Virus record (IMG/VR): IMGVR_UViG_3300046703_000201
Location: 1-52,888 of that record
Direction: 5' to 3' (one strand)
Source of the DNA: a virus
Taxonomy: Duplodnaviria; Caudoviricetes
Length of the DNA stretch: 52,888 nucleotides
Both the position numbers and the translations under genes were made by a program. A model generated the notes under the pieces. It saw nothing but the letters and a program-made list of their open reading frames with translations. It was not told the DNA's origin and did no database searches. This document shows positions 44,727 to 52,888 of the stretch, in pieces. Numbering within the stretch: position 1 is the first letter of the stretch; every line of letters begins with the position of its first letter.

Positions 44727-46498
44727 ATGGCCGGTCAGGTTGACGGACATCTTGCATAAAATGGCAGGATAGTCTATACTTCATTTCATCTTCGTATGGA
44801 GGATGATATGGACCTTACCAAGGACGAGATAGACAGATTTAAGCAGAAATACACTGAAACAAATCAGGAAGATTGCTGGGAATGGCAAGGAGCGAAATAC
44901 CAGAATGGTTATGGAATGATTTCGCTTCGGAGAGGGAAGAGAAAAACCTTCTCCGCTCACAGAATATCGTGGATGATTGCAAACAATAGCAATATTTCTG
45001 ATGGAATGATGATATGCCACAAGTGTGACAATCGCTTATGTGTAAACCCGAATCATTTGTATGCGGGAACAGGTAGTGATAACAACACAGACACATTGAT
45101 TCGCAAACGCGGAAACAGGAAGATCGGTGAAAATTGCTCATGGGCAAAGCTGACTGATGCTGATGTTTTGTATATCCTGAATAGCAATGAAAAACAATGC
45201 GAACTGGCAAAAAAATATCATTTAGACCCGTCAACAGTGTGTCAAATTAAATCGGGCAAGCGGTGGAAACACCTGTCTCGTAATAAAGCTTGACATTAAA
45301 ACTAGGTGAATTGCTGGAAACCCCTACCGTGTGGTGACGAGGGCAATCAGCAGCGAAGCTCCGCAAGGAGAACGTTCAACGACTATCCCTTCGGGGAGTA
45401 CGCTCAAGTGAGCGGAAGCGCCTGGCATCGAAAGATGAAGATATAGTCTGGTCTGCATGGAAACATGCAGCGGCTCGCAAGAGCGGCATGAAAATAACGA
45501 CTTCATGTGAACATAAACGATGGGCAGTAAATTCATTGGGCGGATACATGTATTCGCGCCAACTGAGCAACGTCCTGCGTATGGCAGTGCAACCGCTCGT
45601 CAAATTCCGCCAGTTTGCGGACGTGCGCGATGCGAGCCAGCAGGGCAAGAAAAAGGGCGACATCTTTACCTGGGATGTCTTTTCCGATGTAGCCAATCCC
45701 GGCGGAGTGTTGACCGAAACCAACACCATGCCGGAAACGAACTTCACGATTGCTCAGGGCACTCTGACCATCACCGAAGCCGGCAATAGCGTTCCGTACA
45801 GCGGCAAGCTGGACAACCTGTCCAAATTCCCGGTGATGGAACTGATCCAGAAGGTGTTGAAAAACGACTCGGTCAAGACGTTTGACCGGCTGGCCTGGAC
45901 GCAATTCAACCAGACCCCGCTGCGCGTCATCCCGACCGGGGGCACCGATACCGCCGCCATCACGCTCTACACCAACGGCACGGTAACCGGCACCAACACC
46001 ATCGCGTACAACAACGGCCACGCCAAGAGCATCGTGGATACCATGAAAGAGCGCAACATCCCCGCTTATCTGGGGGATGACTACTACGCCCTCGCCTGGC
46101 CCACCACACTGCGCTCGTTCAAGAACAACCTGGAAACCATCCACCAGTATTCGGAAACCGGCTTCAAGTTGATTATGAACGGCGAAATCGGGCGTTACGA
46201 AAACGTGCGCTATGTCGAGCAGACCAACATTGCCAAGGGACTCGGCACCACCGGCATCGCCTCCACCGCAACAGGTGGCGACATGGTGGAATGGAGCCAA
46301 GGCAAGTCGGACTGGATTTTCTTCTTCGGCAACGACACCGTGGCGGAAGCCGTGGCCGTGCCGGAAGAAATGCGCGGCAAGATTCCGACCGACTTTGGCC
46401 GTTCCAAGGGCGTCGCCTGGTACTACCTGGGCGGCTTCGGCATCGTTCACACCCTGGCAGCCAACGCCCGGATCGTGAAGTGGGATAGTCTGGTCTAG
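44727..46498 (+). CDS. Major capsid protein, spliced join(44727..44740,45520..46498), 330 aa
   Basis: AAGGAG RBS; spliced N-terminus MAGQVWAVNSLGGY; KFRQF, EAGNSVPYSGKL, GEIGRYENVRYVE, DFGRSKGVAWY. Confidence 0.85.
44741..45519 (+). ncRNA. Group I intron in the major capsid gene
   Basis: P AATTGCTGGAAA, Q AATCAGCAGC, R GTTCAACGACTA, S AAGATATAGTCT; exon GTCAGGT pairs with IGS GCTTGAC (45288-45294) through a U.G pair; ends in G. Confidence 0.9.
44808..45293 (+). CDS. Intron-encoded HNH homing endonuclease
   Basis: CWEWQG, AHRISW, ICHKCDNRLCVNPNHL..N, C-terminal HTH. Confidence 0.9.
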   Translation: MDLTKDEIDRFKQKYTETNQEDCWEWQGAKYQNGYGMISLRRGKRKTFSAHRISWMIANNSNISDGMMICHKCDNRLCVNPNHLYAGTGSDNNTDTLIRKRGNRKIGENCSWAKLTDADVLYILNSNEKQCELAKKYHLDPSTVCQIKSGKRWKHLSRNKA

Positions 46499-46590
46499 GA
46501 TGCAGGATACAGGATGCAGGATTCAGGAAAAGCGCGGGCTTTGCCCGCACAACACCCCTGACACCTGAATCCTGAATCCCGAATCCTGAA
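46496..46590. repeat. Inverted heptamer arrays
   Basis: (CAGGATn) array, hairpin spacer, (AATCCTG) array. Confidence 0.8.
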
Positions 46591-46608
46591 AAATTTAGGA
46601 GAAAAATC

Positions 46609-47079
46609 ATGAGTCAAAAAAGTATGGCTTACGACCATCCCGCGTATATCGTCCGCGACAGTTTTTCGTTCGGCGCGAATGCAGCGGGCGCGTCTTCGGC
46701 TACGGCCAAATTTGTTGCGTTCACTGCCATGCACGTATTCTCGATCGGCGCGACCACATTTGTGGCCGGCAGTTCGACCTATACCGCATGGAACGGCACC
46801 GCAACGGTCACCACCACCGGCACTGGCGATTCGATTTCCGGCATCAAGGTATCGGGCACCACCACCAGCACCTACGGGCCTTATGCCCTCAGTGCGATTG
46901 CGGGCGGATTCTCGCGCATCCAGATCAGCGGCACGGGTGTGGGTTCGTCTACAGCCAATGGCGGTGTGGCACTGGCGGCGGGTGACACTTTCCATCTGGT
47001 GCGGGGCACGGACGCGACAGCGGTGGAAATCCCCGTAATCGAATACGCCATCGACCCCGAAGCATCGGTCAGCGCGTAA
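46609..47079 (+). CDS. Putative capsid decoration/virion protein
   Basis: Follows the capsid gene; AGGAG RBS; Thr/Ala/Gly-rich. Confidence 0.6.
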   Translation: MSQKSMAYDHPAYIVRDSFSFGANAAGASSATAKFVAFTAMHVFSIGATTFVAGSSTYTAWNGTATVTTTGTGDSISGIKVSGTTTSTYGPYALSAIAGGFSRIQISGTGVGSSTANGGVALAAGDTFHLVRGTDATAVEIPVIEYAIDPEASVSA

Positions 47080-47080
47080 C

Positions 47081-47156
47081 GTAGGGGCGGGTTTCAAACC
47101 CGCCCGCTGCGGATGTAATTAAATGCGCTGCGGGCAGGTTTAAAACCTGCCCCTAC
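47081..47156. repeat. REP doublet (REPIN-like)
   Basis: Near-identical to 49843-49917. Confidence 0.88.
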
Positions 47157-47178
47157 GCCTTTTACAAGGAGAATTATC

Positions 47179-47436
47179 ATGGCAAACAACGAAAAAATCA
47201 CCGGCATGTCGGGCACCTACAACGACATTGGTGAAAAGAGCGGTTTCATCACCGACGGTTACCTGGACAAGAAAGGCACGCCGCAAGGCGAAGGCGCAAT
47301 GTTCAATCGTATGCCGCCCGGACAAGAAATCGAAAACCAGGTCGTGGCAGAAATCAACGCAATGCCGTATCGCAAGGTAGTAGAAGAAAGCTATCCCGAA
47401 GATGGCTGGTCGCCAAAGCCCAAAATCGTGGTGTAA
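47179..47436 (+). CDS. Hypothetical protein
   Basis: AAGGAG RBS. Confidence 0.7.
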   Translation: MANNEKITGMSGTYNDIGEKSGFITDGYLDKKGTPQGEGAMFNRMPPGQEIENQVVAEINAMPYRKVVEESYPEDGWSPKPKIVV

Positions 47437-47442
47437 AAAGGC

Positions 47443-47532
47443 AGTCGTAAGACGTTAGTCGTTAGACGTTAGTTAAAGGCCGCGCAGCGCCAACCTTAAC
47501 TAGCGACTAGCGACTAATAACTAGCAACTAAA
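47443..47532. repeat. Inverted heptamer arrays of a second family (CGTTAGT/ACTAGCG)
   Basis: Opposed degenerate 7-mer arrays. Confidence 0.7.
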
Positions 47533-47567
47533 AAGCCGCTTTTAGCGGCTTTTTAAAGGAGAACATC

Positions 47568-48329
47568 ATGACATTCGGACAACAAGTAGACTGGTATATC
47601 GACGAACACGACGACATCCGGCCAAAAATTCAGGGCACGCCGCTGGCTTCTCCCGCCTTTGCCGCCGGTAATGTGCTGGGCGGAGATCAGGCGCAGGGCA
47701 ATCAGGTCAATCTCGCGGTATTGGCCGGCAAGGGCGTGCGGCAGGGCGCCATCAACGTGCAGATTATCCGCGCCTTGGGGCAAGACTTCACCTGGGATGG
47801 CAACCCGGACTGCGGCATCAAGATCATTGCGCGCAACTACGCCGCCAATGCCGCCAATCAGGGCGCAGAACGCGGCATAGACGTGCAGGCGCGCAACAGT
47901 GGCACCAATGCATCATGGTGCAACGCCGGTAACTTTAATGCCCGTAACGACAGCGGCAAGACCGCCTACCAGTTGCAGGGAATCACCATCCGCTGCGAAA
48001 ACTACGGCACGCTCGAAACCGAAGCCGTCGGCCTCGATGTCAACATGAGCATCGAAAATGACACCGGCGCACCCGTAAAGGATGCCATCCGCGTGCGCAA
48101 TACTGATGCCTCCGGCATGACCGCCTGCAATTCGGTCATTTCGGTGAGCAACACCAGCACCAACGGCTTTACCTCCCTGCTGGATTTAACCGGCCTGACC
48201 GCCGCCAATGCCACCCTGATTTCAACCAGCGGCTCGGCGGCCACCACCTGGGCGGGACGCATCAAGATACTGGATGCATCGGGCACCGCAGCGTGGATCA
48301 ACATCTACTCGACCAGCGGTGAGGCATGA
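47568..48329 (+). CDS. Putative virion protein (beta-helix-like)
   Basis: AAGGAG RBS; Asn/Gly/Ala-rich repeats. Confidence 0.65.
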   Translation: MTFGQQVDWYIDEHDDIRPKIQGTPLASPAFAAGNVLGGDQAQGNQVNLAVLAGKGVRQGAINVQIIRALGQDFTWDGNPDCGIKIIARNYAANAANQGAERGIDVQARNSGTNASWCNAGNFNARNDSGKTAYQLQGITIRCENYGTLETEAVGLDVNMSIENDTGAPVKDAIRVRNTDASGMTACNSVISVSNTSTNGFTSLLDLTGLTAANATLISTSGSAATTWAGRIKILDASGTAAWINIYSTSGEA

Positions 48330-48520
48330 TGATGACCATCGAAGCCATCAAAACACGGCTTGCAGAGCTTGAGCAACAGCGCAAACAACTGCAAGCCAAC
48401 CTGTTTGCGATTGATGGCGCGTTGCAGGATTGCGAATACTGGCTGGCACAGTTTCAAGAGCCACCGGCAAACGAAATAGCAAGCCATTTGCGTTCAAGAC
48501 AAGAAGGAGACGAATCATGA
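48326..48520 (+). CDS. Small coiled-coil protein
   Basis: ANLFAIDGALQDCEYWL. Confidence 0.65.
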   Translation: MMMTIEAIKTRLAELEQQRKQLQANLFAIDGALQDCEYWLAQFQEPPANEIASHLRSRQEGDES

Positions 48521-48876
48521 GCGGACTTCAAGAGAAATTCCAGGTCATCCTGCCGCCGCAGCCCAATGAAGACGACGGCACCGAATGGGTTACATTCGAG
48601 TCAGTACGCGACCCAAGCCGTAACAATCCATCCGTCGAAATGCCGAAACTGGATTTGCAGAACAAAAACCGGATGGAACGGCATATCGCGGGCAGCACCG
48701 ACTTTTCATATGACACCAACCCAAAAGCGTTGGAAACCGGCTACACCCGCCAAGAAATGAAAGGCGCAGACGACCAGTACACCGGCGAACATGTCGAGCA
48801 TTTTTATGGCGAAGTAGTGGATGAGTTGGGTAATGCGGGATTTGTGGAGCGCAATAACTATTTAGATCGCGCGTAG
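48517..48876 (+). CDS. Hypothetical protein
   Basis: AAGGAG RBS, ATGA overlap. Confidence 0.65.
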   Translation: MSGLQEKFQVILPPQPNEDDGTEWVTFESVRDPSRNNPSVEMPKLDLQNKNRMERHIAGSTDFSYDTNPKALETGYTRQEMKGADDQYTGEHVEHFYGEVVDELGNAGFVERNNYLDRA

Positions 48877-48928
48877 TGTTGTAATTATTACTCTTTGTGA
48901 TACCATATAATCTCTCACAGGAGGCTAT

Positions 48929-49474
48929 ATGGAAATTGAAATTATCAGGGAATACAAAAGTAGAATTTGTTCAATTGAAGGATGTGGACGACCAATAAAA
49001 GGTAGAGGAAAATGTAGCAAACATTTTCAGGAAGAAAAAAGACGCGAAGAAGGTATTCCAGAACGAAATAAAAGAGGCACTTGCAAATTGGAAGGCTGCA
49101 CACATCCTCAACATGCTCGTGGTTTTTGTAGTAATCACTATCAAATAGAAAAAAGAAACGGAAATATAAAATTCCGCAAACGAGCGCCAAATGGAACAGG
49201 AACGATTGATCCGATTCATGGATACAGAGCAATAAGCATCAATGGTAAGCAAATTATGGAACATAGGCACGTGATGGAAATACATCTTGGCCGAAAACTA
49301 TATGCTCATGAAAATGTTCATCATAAAAATGGCTTAAAAACGGACAATCGCATTAAAAATTTGGAACTTTGGTCTAAAAGTCAACCTTGGGGTCAGCGAG
49401 TCGAAGACAAGATTGCATGGGCAAAAGAACTTCTGATGTTATATGAACCAGATGCTTTGAAAGAAAAGGAATAA
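48929..49474 (+). CDS. Free-standing HNH endonuclease with two Cys/His repeats
   Basis: CSIEGC..C..H twice; [23 protein letters not shown]; AT-rich. Confidence 0.88.
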   Translation: MEIEIIREYKSRICSIEGCGRPIKGRGKCSKHFQEEKRREEGIPERNKRGTCKLEGCTHPQHARGFCSNHYQIEKRNGNIKFRKRAPNGTGTIDPIHGYRAISINGKQIMEHRHVMEIHLGRKLYAHENVHHKNGLKTDNRIKNLELWSKSQPWGQRVEDKIAWAKELLMLYEPDALKEKE

Positions 49475-49477
49475 ACA

Positions 49478-49846
49478 ATGCACTTTGACCCCACCAAACC
49501 CCACGGCGTGGTATCCAACCATTCCCAAATCCGCTACGAACAAAACGGCAGGTCTTATGACCGCCAGTTTCGCTTGATTGGCGGCGTGCCGGATGCGGAA
49601 GAAGAAATTGATACCGTGGTAGCTCCCAAGCCGCTCGAACCCGGTGAACGCGATTTTGAGCTGGAACAGGCGCGTGCATTCCTGCTTACCGTATTGGCCG
49701 AAGGCCCGATCCGCCGCGCGGAACTCTACAAGGTGGCCGAGACCAACAACCAGTCATGGGACAAGGTAAAAACCGCCTTCGCCGCTATGGAAGGACAAAT
49801 AACCAAGCGCAACAACTCGGTTTTCTGGCAGTTAAAAGCCGCGTAG
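49478..49846 (+). CDS. Hypothetical protein
   Basis: AAGGA RBS; stop overlaps a REP. Confidence 0.65.
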   Translation: MHFDPTKPHGVVSNHSQIRYEQNGRSYDRQFRLIGGVPDAEEEIDTVVAPKPLEPGERDFELEQARAFLLTVLAEGPIRRAELYKVAETNNQSWDKVKTAFAAMEGQITKRNNSVFWQLKAA

Positions 49847-49917
49847 GGGCGGGTTTAAAACCCGCCCGTGCGGATGTAATCAAATGCGCTGCGGGCAGGT
49901 TTAAAACCTGCCCCTAC
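49843..49917. repeat. REP doublet (REPIN-like)
   Basis: GTAG...CTAC-bounded pair. Confidence 0.88.
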
Positions 49918-49931
49918 GATGAGGTTTAACT

Positions 49932-50648
49932 ATGCCAAATAAGATTCAAGACCTCTTTGGCGACTGGATACAGTTTGATTGCCCGACCGACGGTGTTCAC
50001 TATGCCATAGCAGTTGCAAATCGGGTTTGGGACCCTATCTCGCTGATGTGGGTGAGCGAGACGCAGCCGGGCGGTGGCGGGGGTGGCGGTCCGGCGACGA
50101 TTGCGGATGGCGCAGACGTGGCAGAAGGTGCCACCACGGATGCGGCGATCATCACCGATACCACCGGCACCGTGTCGGGCAAACTGCGCGGATTGGTGAA
50201 GATATTTGCCAGCATGTGGGATTCGGTAAACGGCAGACTGCGGGTTGATGGTTCGGAAGTGACACAACCCGTATCAGGAACGGTAAGTGTCAGCAATTTT
50301 CCTGCATCGCAGCCGGTCAGCGGGTCAGTCAGCGTATCCAACTTCCCCGTTACCCAACCTGTATCCGGTTCAGTAAGCGTCAGTAACTTTCCTGCTACTC
50401 AACCCGTATCGGGATCAGTCAGCGTTACCGGCACCGTTACTGTAACGGACGTGGCAACCGAAGCAACCCTTGCCAAAATACCCGGACTCGCGATACCGAT
50501 TTTCGACTATTGCGCGCTGGCGCAGAACGCTACACAGGACATCTGGACCTTCAAGACCGGCGGGGCGGGCGGGACTCTGGTCGCCACGGTGACCATCACT
50601 TATACCGATGCGACCAAAGTAACCATTTCCACCGTCGCCAAGACCTGA
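49932..50648 (+). CDS. Virion/fibre-like protein with 15-aa tandem repeats
   Basis: QPVSGSVSVSNFP repeated 3-4 times. Confidence 0.7.
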   Translation: MPNKIQDLFGDWIQFDCPTDGVHYAIAVANRVWDPISLMWVSETQPGGGGGGGPATIADGADVAEGATTDAAIITDTTGTVSGKLRGLVKIFASMWDSVNGRLRVDGSEVTQPVSGTVSVSNFPASQPVSGSVSVSNFPVTQPVSGSVSVSNFPATQPVSGSVSVTGTVTVTDVATEATLAKIPGLAIPIFDYCALAQNATQDIWTFKTGGAGGTLVATVTITYTDATKVTISTVAKT

Positions 50649-50649
50649 C

Positions 50650-50853
50650 ATGGCTTTTACCTTCAATCCCTTCACCGGCAAGCTCGATTATTACCAGCCT
50701 GCGGCGGCAGCGGGAGCGGCACAGTTCGGGGGGATTTATAAGGTTGCCAACGGCGAGACCTTGACCATAGATGTGGGCAGGGTGTTGTATGAATACCATC
50801 TATGCACGGTTGACGGGATTTTAATAATTAACGGAATTCTGCAACCGCTATGA
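50650..50853 (+). CDS. Small virion-associated protein
   Basis: FTFNPFTGKLD start. Confidence 0.65.
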   Translation: MAFTFNPFTGKLDYYQPAAAAGAAQFGGIYKVANGETLTIDVGRVLYEYHLCTVDGILIINGILQPL

Positions 50854-51320
50854 CAATTACAACAGTTCAAGTCCAGACCGTAGCCACCAGCCCGGTTACG
50901 CTGTCAGGCGAACAAACGATAAATGGCATCGTGCTGGTGGACGGGAACAATGTGCTGCTGATTGCCCAGGCGGACACACTGGAAAATGATGTGTGGATTG
51001 TCAGGACGGGCGCGTGGGAGCGGAATGCCGCGACCCTGGTCTCCGGCGCGATTGTGATGGTGCTGCACGGGGGCGTGTACATCCTGATGAACACCGGCAC
51101 TATCATCAAAGGTACGACAGTTTTAACCTTTGACGAACTCAACAATACCAAGGTGCAGAACATATTAGCTGAAATAATCGCTACAGGAATACCGGGAATG
51201 GTTTATCTGGTGCATAGCGGTGATTCTTACACGATACCGGACGGGGTGGTCATGCAGTATTCGACCGTCACCAAGACGGACGGGAATTTAACGATAGATG
51301 GCATTGTTTCCGCAAAATAA
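50850..51320 (+). CDS. Tail-fibre-like protein
   Basis: LSGEQTINGI.L..G..VLL..Q...EN..W...GAWER. Confidence 0.65.
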   Translation: MTITTVQVQTVATSPVTLSGEQTINGIVLVDGNNVLLIAQADTLENDVWIVRTGAWERNAATLVSGAIVMVLHGGVYILMNTGTIIKGTTVLTFDELNNTKVQNILAEIIATGIPGMVYLVHSGDSYTIPDGVVMQYSTVTKTDGNLTIDGIVSAK

Positions 51321-51337
51321 TAGGAAGGAATTGCTTT

Positions 51338-52474
51338 ATGGCACAGTTTAATTTAAAAAATACCGCACAAGCTGATGCAGTGACGCCAGATGCGGGATAC
51401 ATCGCAATCTTTTCCGACAGTGCTGACAGCATCCCGAAATACAAGGATTCGAGCAATGTAGTGCATACGTTCCCGACCTCATCATTGAGTTCGGCTACCC
51501 CGCTGCCGGTAGGCACGACGGGCGATCCCGGCACAGGTTCTACAGGTTCAAAAAACGACCACGTTCACGCGCATGGCGCACAGACTGACCCGACCCTTCA
51601 CGCGGCAGCCACAACGGCCACGGCAGGGTTTACGACATATGCCAGCGACGCGGAAACCATTACGGGAACAGAAACGGCAAAGACCGTCACGCCGTCCAAC
51701 ATCACCGCCAAGATTGACACTGACGGTACGCTCGCAGGCGACTTGGACACGCGCATTCCTTCGCAGAAAGCCGTAAAAACCTACGCCGATACAAAAATCC
51801 CATTAACGCAAAAAGCGGCAGCATCCGGCGTGGCCTCTCTTGATGCGGGATCACTGGTGGTGCAAAACCCGGCCAATGCAACTGCCACCCCGACCGCCTC
51901 CAAAATAGTGATTGCGGATGCGGGCGGATTAGTCAATGGCTGGGTTTCCCCCGCTACAACATCCGTTGCGGGCTTGATGCCGGCGACAGACCGGCTTTAC
52001 CTGTCGCAGCATATCGTCTCTACCTCATTGACTGCGGCGGTTGTATCTTCCGGCACGACCGAGAAAGTTCTGCTTCAGATGCTGGTGCCGGCCAATGCGG
52101 CGAAAGTTGGGGATGCCTTCAAGATACGATTGATTGGTAATTCGTCTTCCACCGGCACGCTTATCTTCCGGGTCAGAGTGGGAGCAGCCGGGACGATAAC
52201 TGATACACAGACCTGGATTTCAACCACCTCGGCGATGCAGGCAGCCAATGCCCGTGCGGGCGTTGATCTTGTGCTTACGGTGCGTTCAACAGGTATTGGT
52301 ACGGTTTACACCGATGGCAATGCCCATGCCGGGGCCGCCATGCTGCCCACGCTTATCGGCGCACCGGCGACAGCATCCGTGACCACGACGGCCAACTGGT
52401 ACATCAACGTGGATGTCACCTGTTCATCGGGCACCTTCTCCGCGCAAGCAGGCGTAATCGAGGCGTTGCAGTAA
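51338..52474 (+). CDS. Fibre-like virion protein
   Basis: Thr/Ala-rich; DHVHAHG, SQKAVKTY, GVASLD, AGLM..D motifs. Confidence 0.7.
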   Translation: MAQFNLKNTAQADAVTPDAGYIAIFSDSADSIPKYKDSSNVVHTFPTSSLSSATPLPVGTTGDPGTGSTGSKNDHVHAHGAQTDPTLHAAATTATAGFTTYASDAETITGTETAKTVTPSNITAKIDTDGTLAGDLDTRIPSQKAVKTYADTKIPLTQKAAASGVASLDAGSLVVQNPANATATPTASKIVIADAGGLVNGWVSPATTSVAGLMPATDRLYLSQHIVSTSLTAAVVSSGTTEKVLLQMLVPANAAKVGDAFKIRLIGNSSSTGTLIFRVRVGAAGTITDTQTWISTTSAMQAANARAGVDLVLTVRSTGIGTVYTDGNAHAGAAMLPTLIGAPATASVTTTANWYINVDVTCSSGTFSAQAGVIEALQ

Positions 52475-52488
52475 TCGGGTAAATTGCC

Positions 52489-52888
52489 ATGACCGTATAC
52501 GATACACAATATTTGTTTGACTTGATCAGCAGCAAGATGGGCGCCGACATCACGCTCAACGGGGAAATCCGAGAACTGGACGTGCCTTTTTTGATAAACG
52601 AGGCGCACAACGCTCTGGTGATCTATACCGTCGAACTGGCGGCAACGGCACCGTTGGCGGAAGAGGAATATGCGCAAGTAGACCTGCTATGCGACCAGTA
52701 TGAAACGCCCAGCACGCTAATAACCAGCGCCTATCTGAAAGGTCAACAGTTGCTTGGGCTAGTCGGAATAGGTCTGACAACAACGGAAAGACAAGTGTTG
52801 ATAGGTTACGTGCCAATGGGTCAATACGTTTGCCTGGCAACAGCCGGCACCGGAACGAAAACCTTGATTTATTCTTTTGAACTTATGT
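52489..52888 (+). CDS. Hypothetical protein, partial
   Basis: Open frame MTVYDTQY... runs off the window. Confidence 0.5.
   Translation, partial: MTVYDTQYLFDLISSKMGADITLNGEIRELDVPFLINEAHNALVIYTVELAATAPLAEEEYAQVDLLCDQYETPSTLITSAYLKGQQLLGLVGIGLTTTERQVLIGYVPMGQYVCLATAGTGTKTLIYSFELM

Noticed and set aside
45488-45519. Capsid start at 45488 (MKITTSCEHKR)
   Set aside because: Lies within the intron 3' region and lacks an RBS; the spliced start at 44727 has AAGGAG
45533-46450. Long antisense ORFs (also 6511-7260, 28278-29057, 35052-35714, 43666-44337)
   Set aside because: Shadows of well-supported GC-rich genes on the opposite strand

Overview
A near-complete temperate podovirus-like phage genome, probably of a proteobacterial host. 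It reads as the circular or permuted form. Gene order: end of a P22 gp10-like tail gene, antisense VapD/DUF1640 moron, GNAT plus three ejection proteins, PurD-like ATP-grasp ligase, tail fibre, lysis (M15 endolysin, holin candidates, Rz with embedded Rz1), accessory block with a second integrase, attP-like region and integrase, leftward early operon (xis, DNA methylase, ssb, YqaJ exonuclease), cI/cro switch, replication, NinB/RuvC/Q-like genes, antisense DUF932 cluster, terminase, tRNA, portal, scaffold, major capsid and head/fibre genes. Highlights: (1) an integron-like cassette array at the end of the early-left operon, with three canonical attC sites, one atypical site and matching core sites. 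No IntI is present and every ORF is antisense to the canonical attC orientation. (2) A group I intron with an HNH ORF in loop L1 splits codon 5 of the major capsid gene. (3) A lone PurD-like ligase sits among virion genes. (4) A tRNA-Ile(TAT)-like gene has an 8-nt anticodon loop. (5) GTAG-type REPs, two of them in frame in the portal gene, and heptamer repeats are dispersed through the genome. (6) A candidate structured RNA precedes the scaffold gene. All family calls come from motif recognition by eye; no database search was run.
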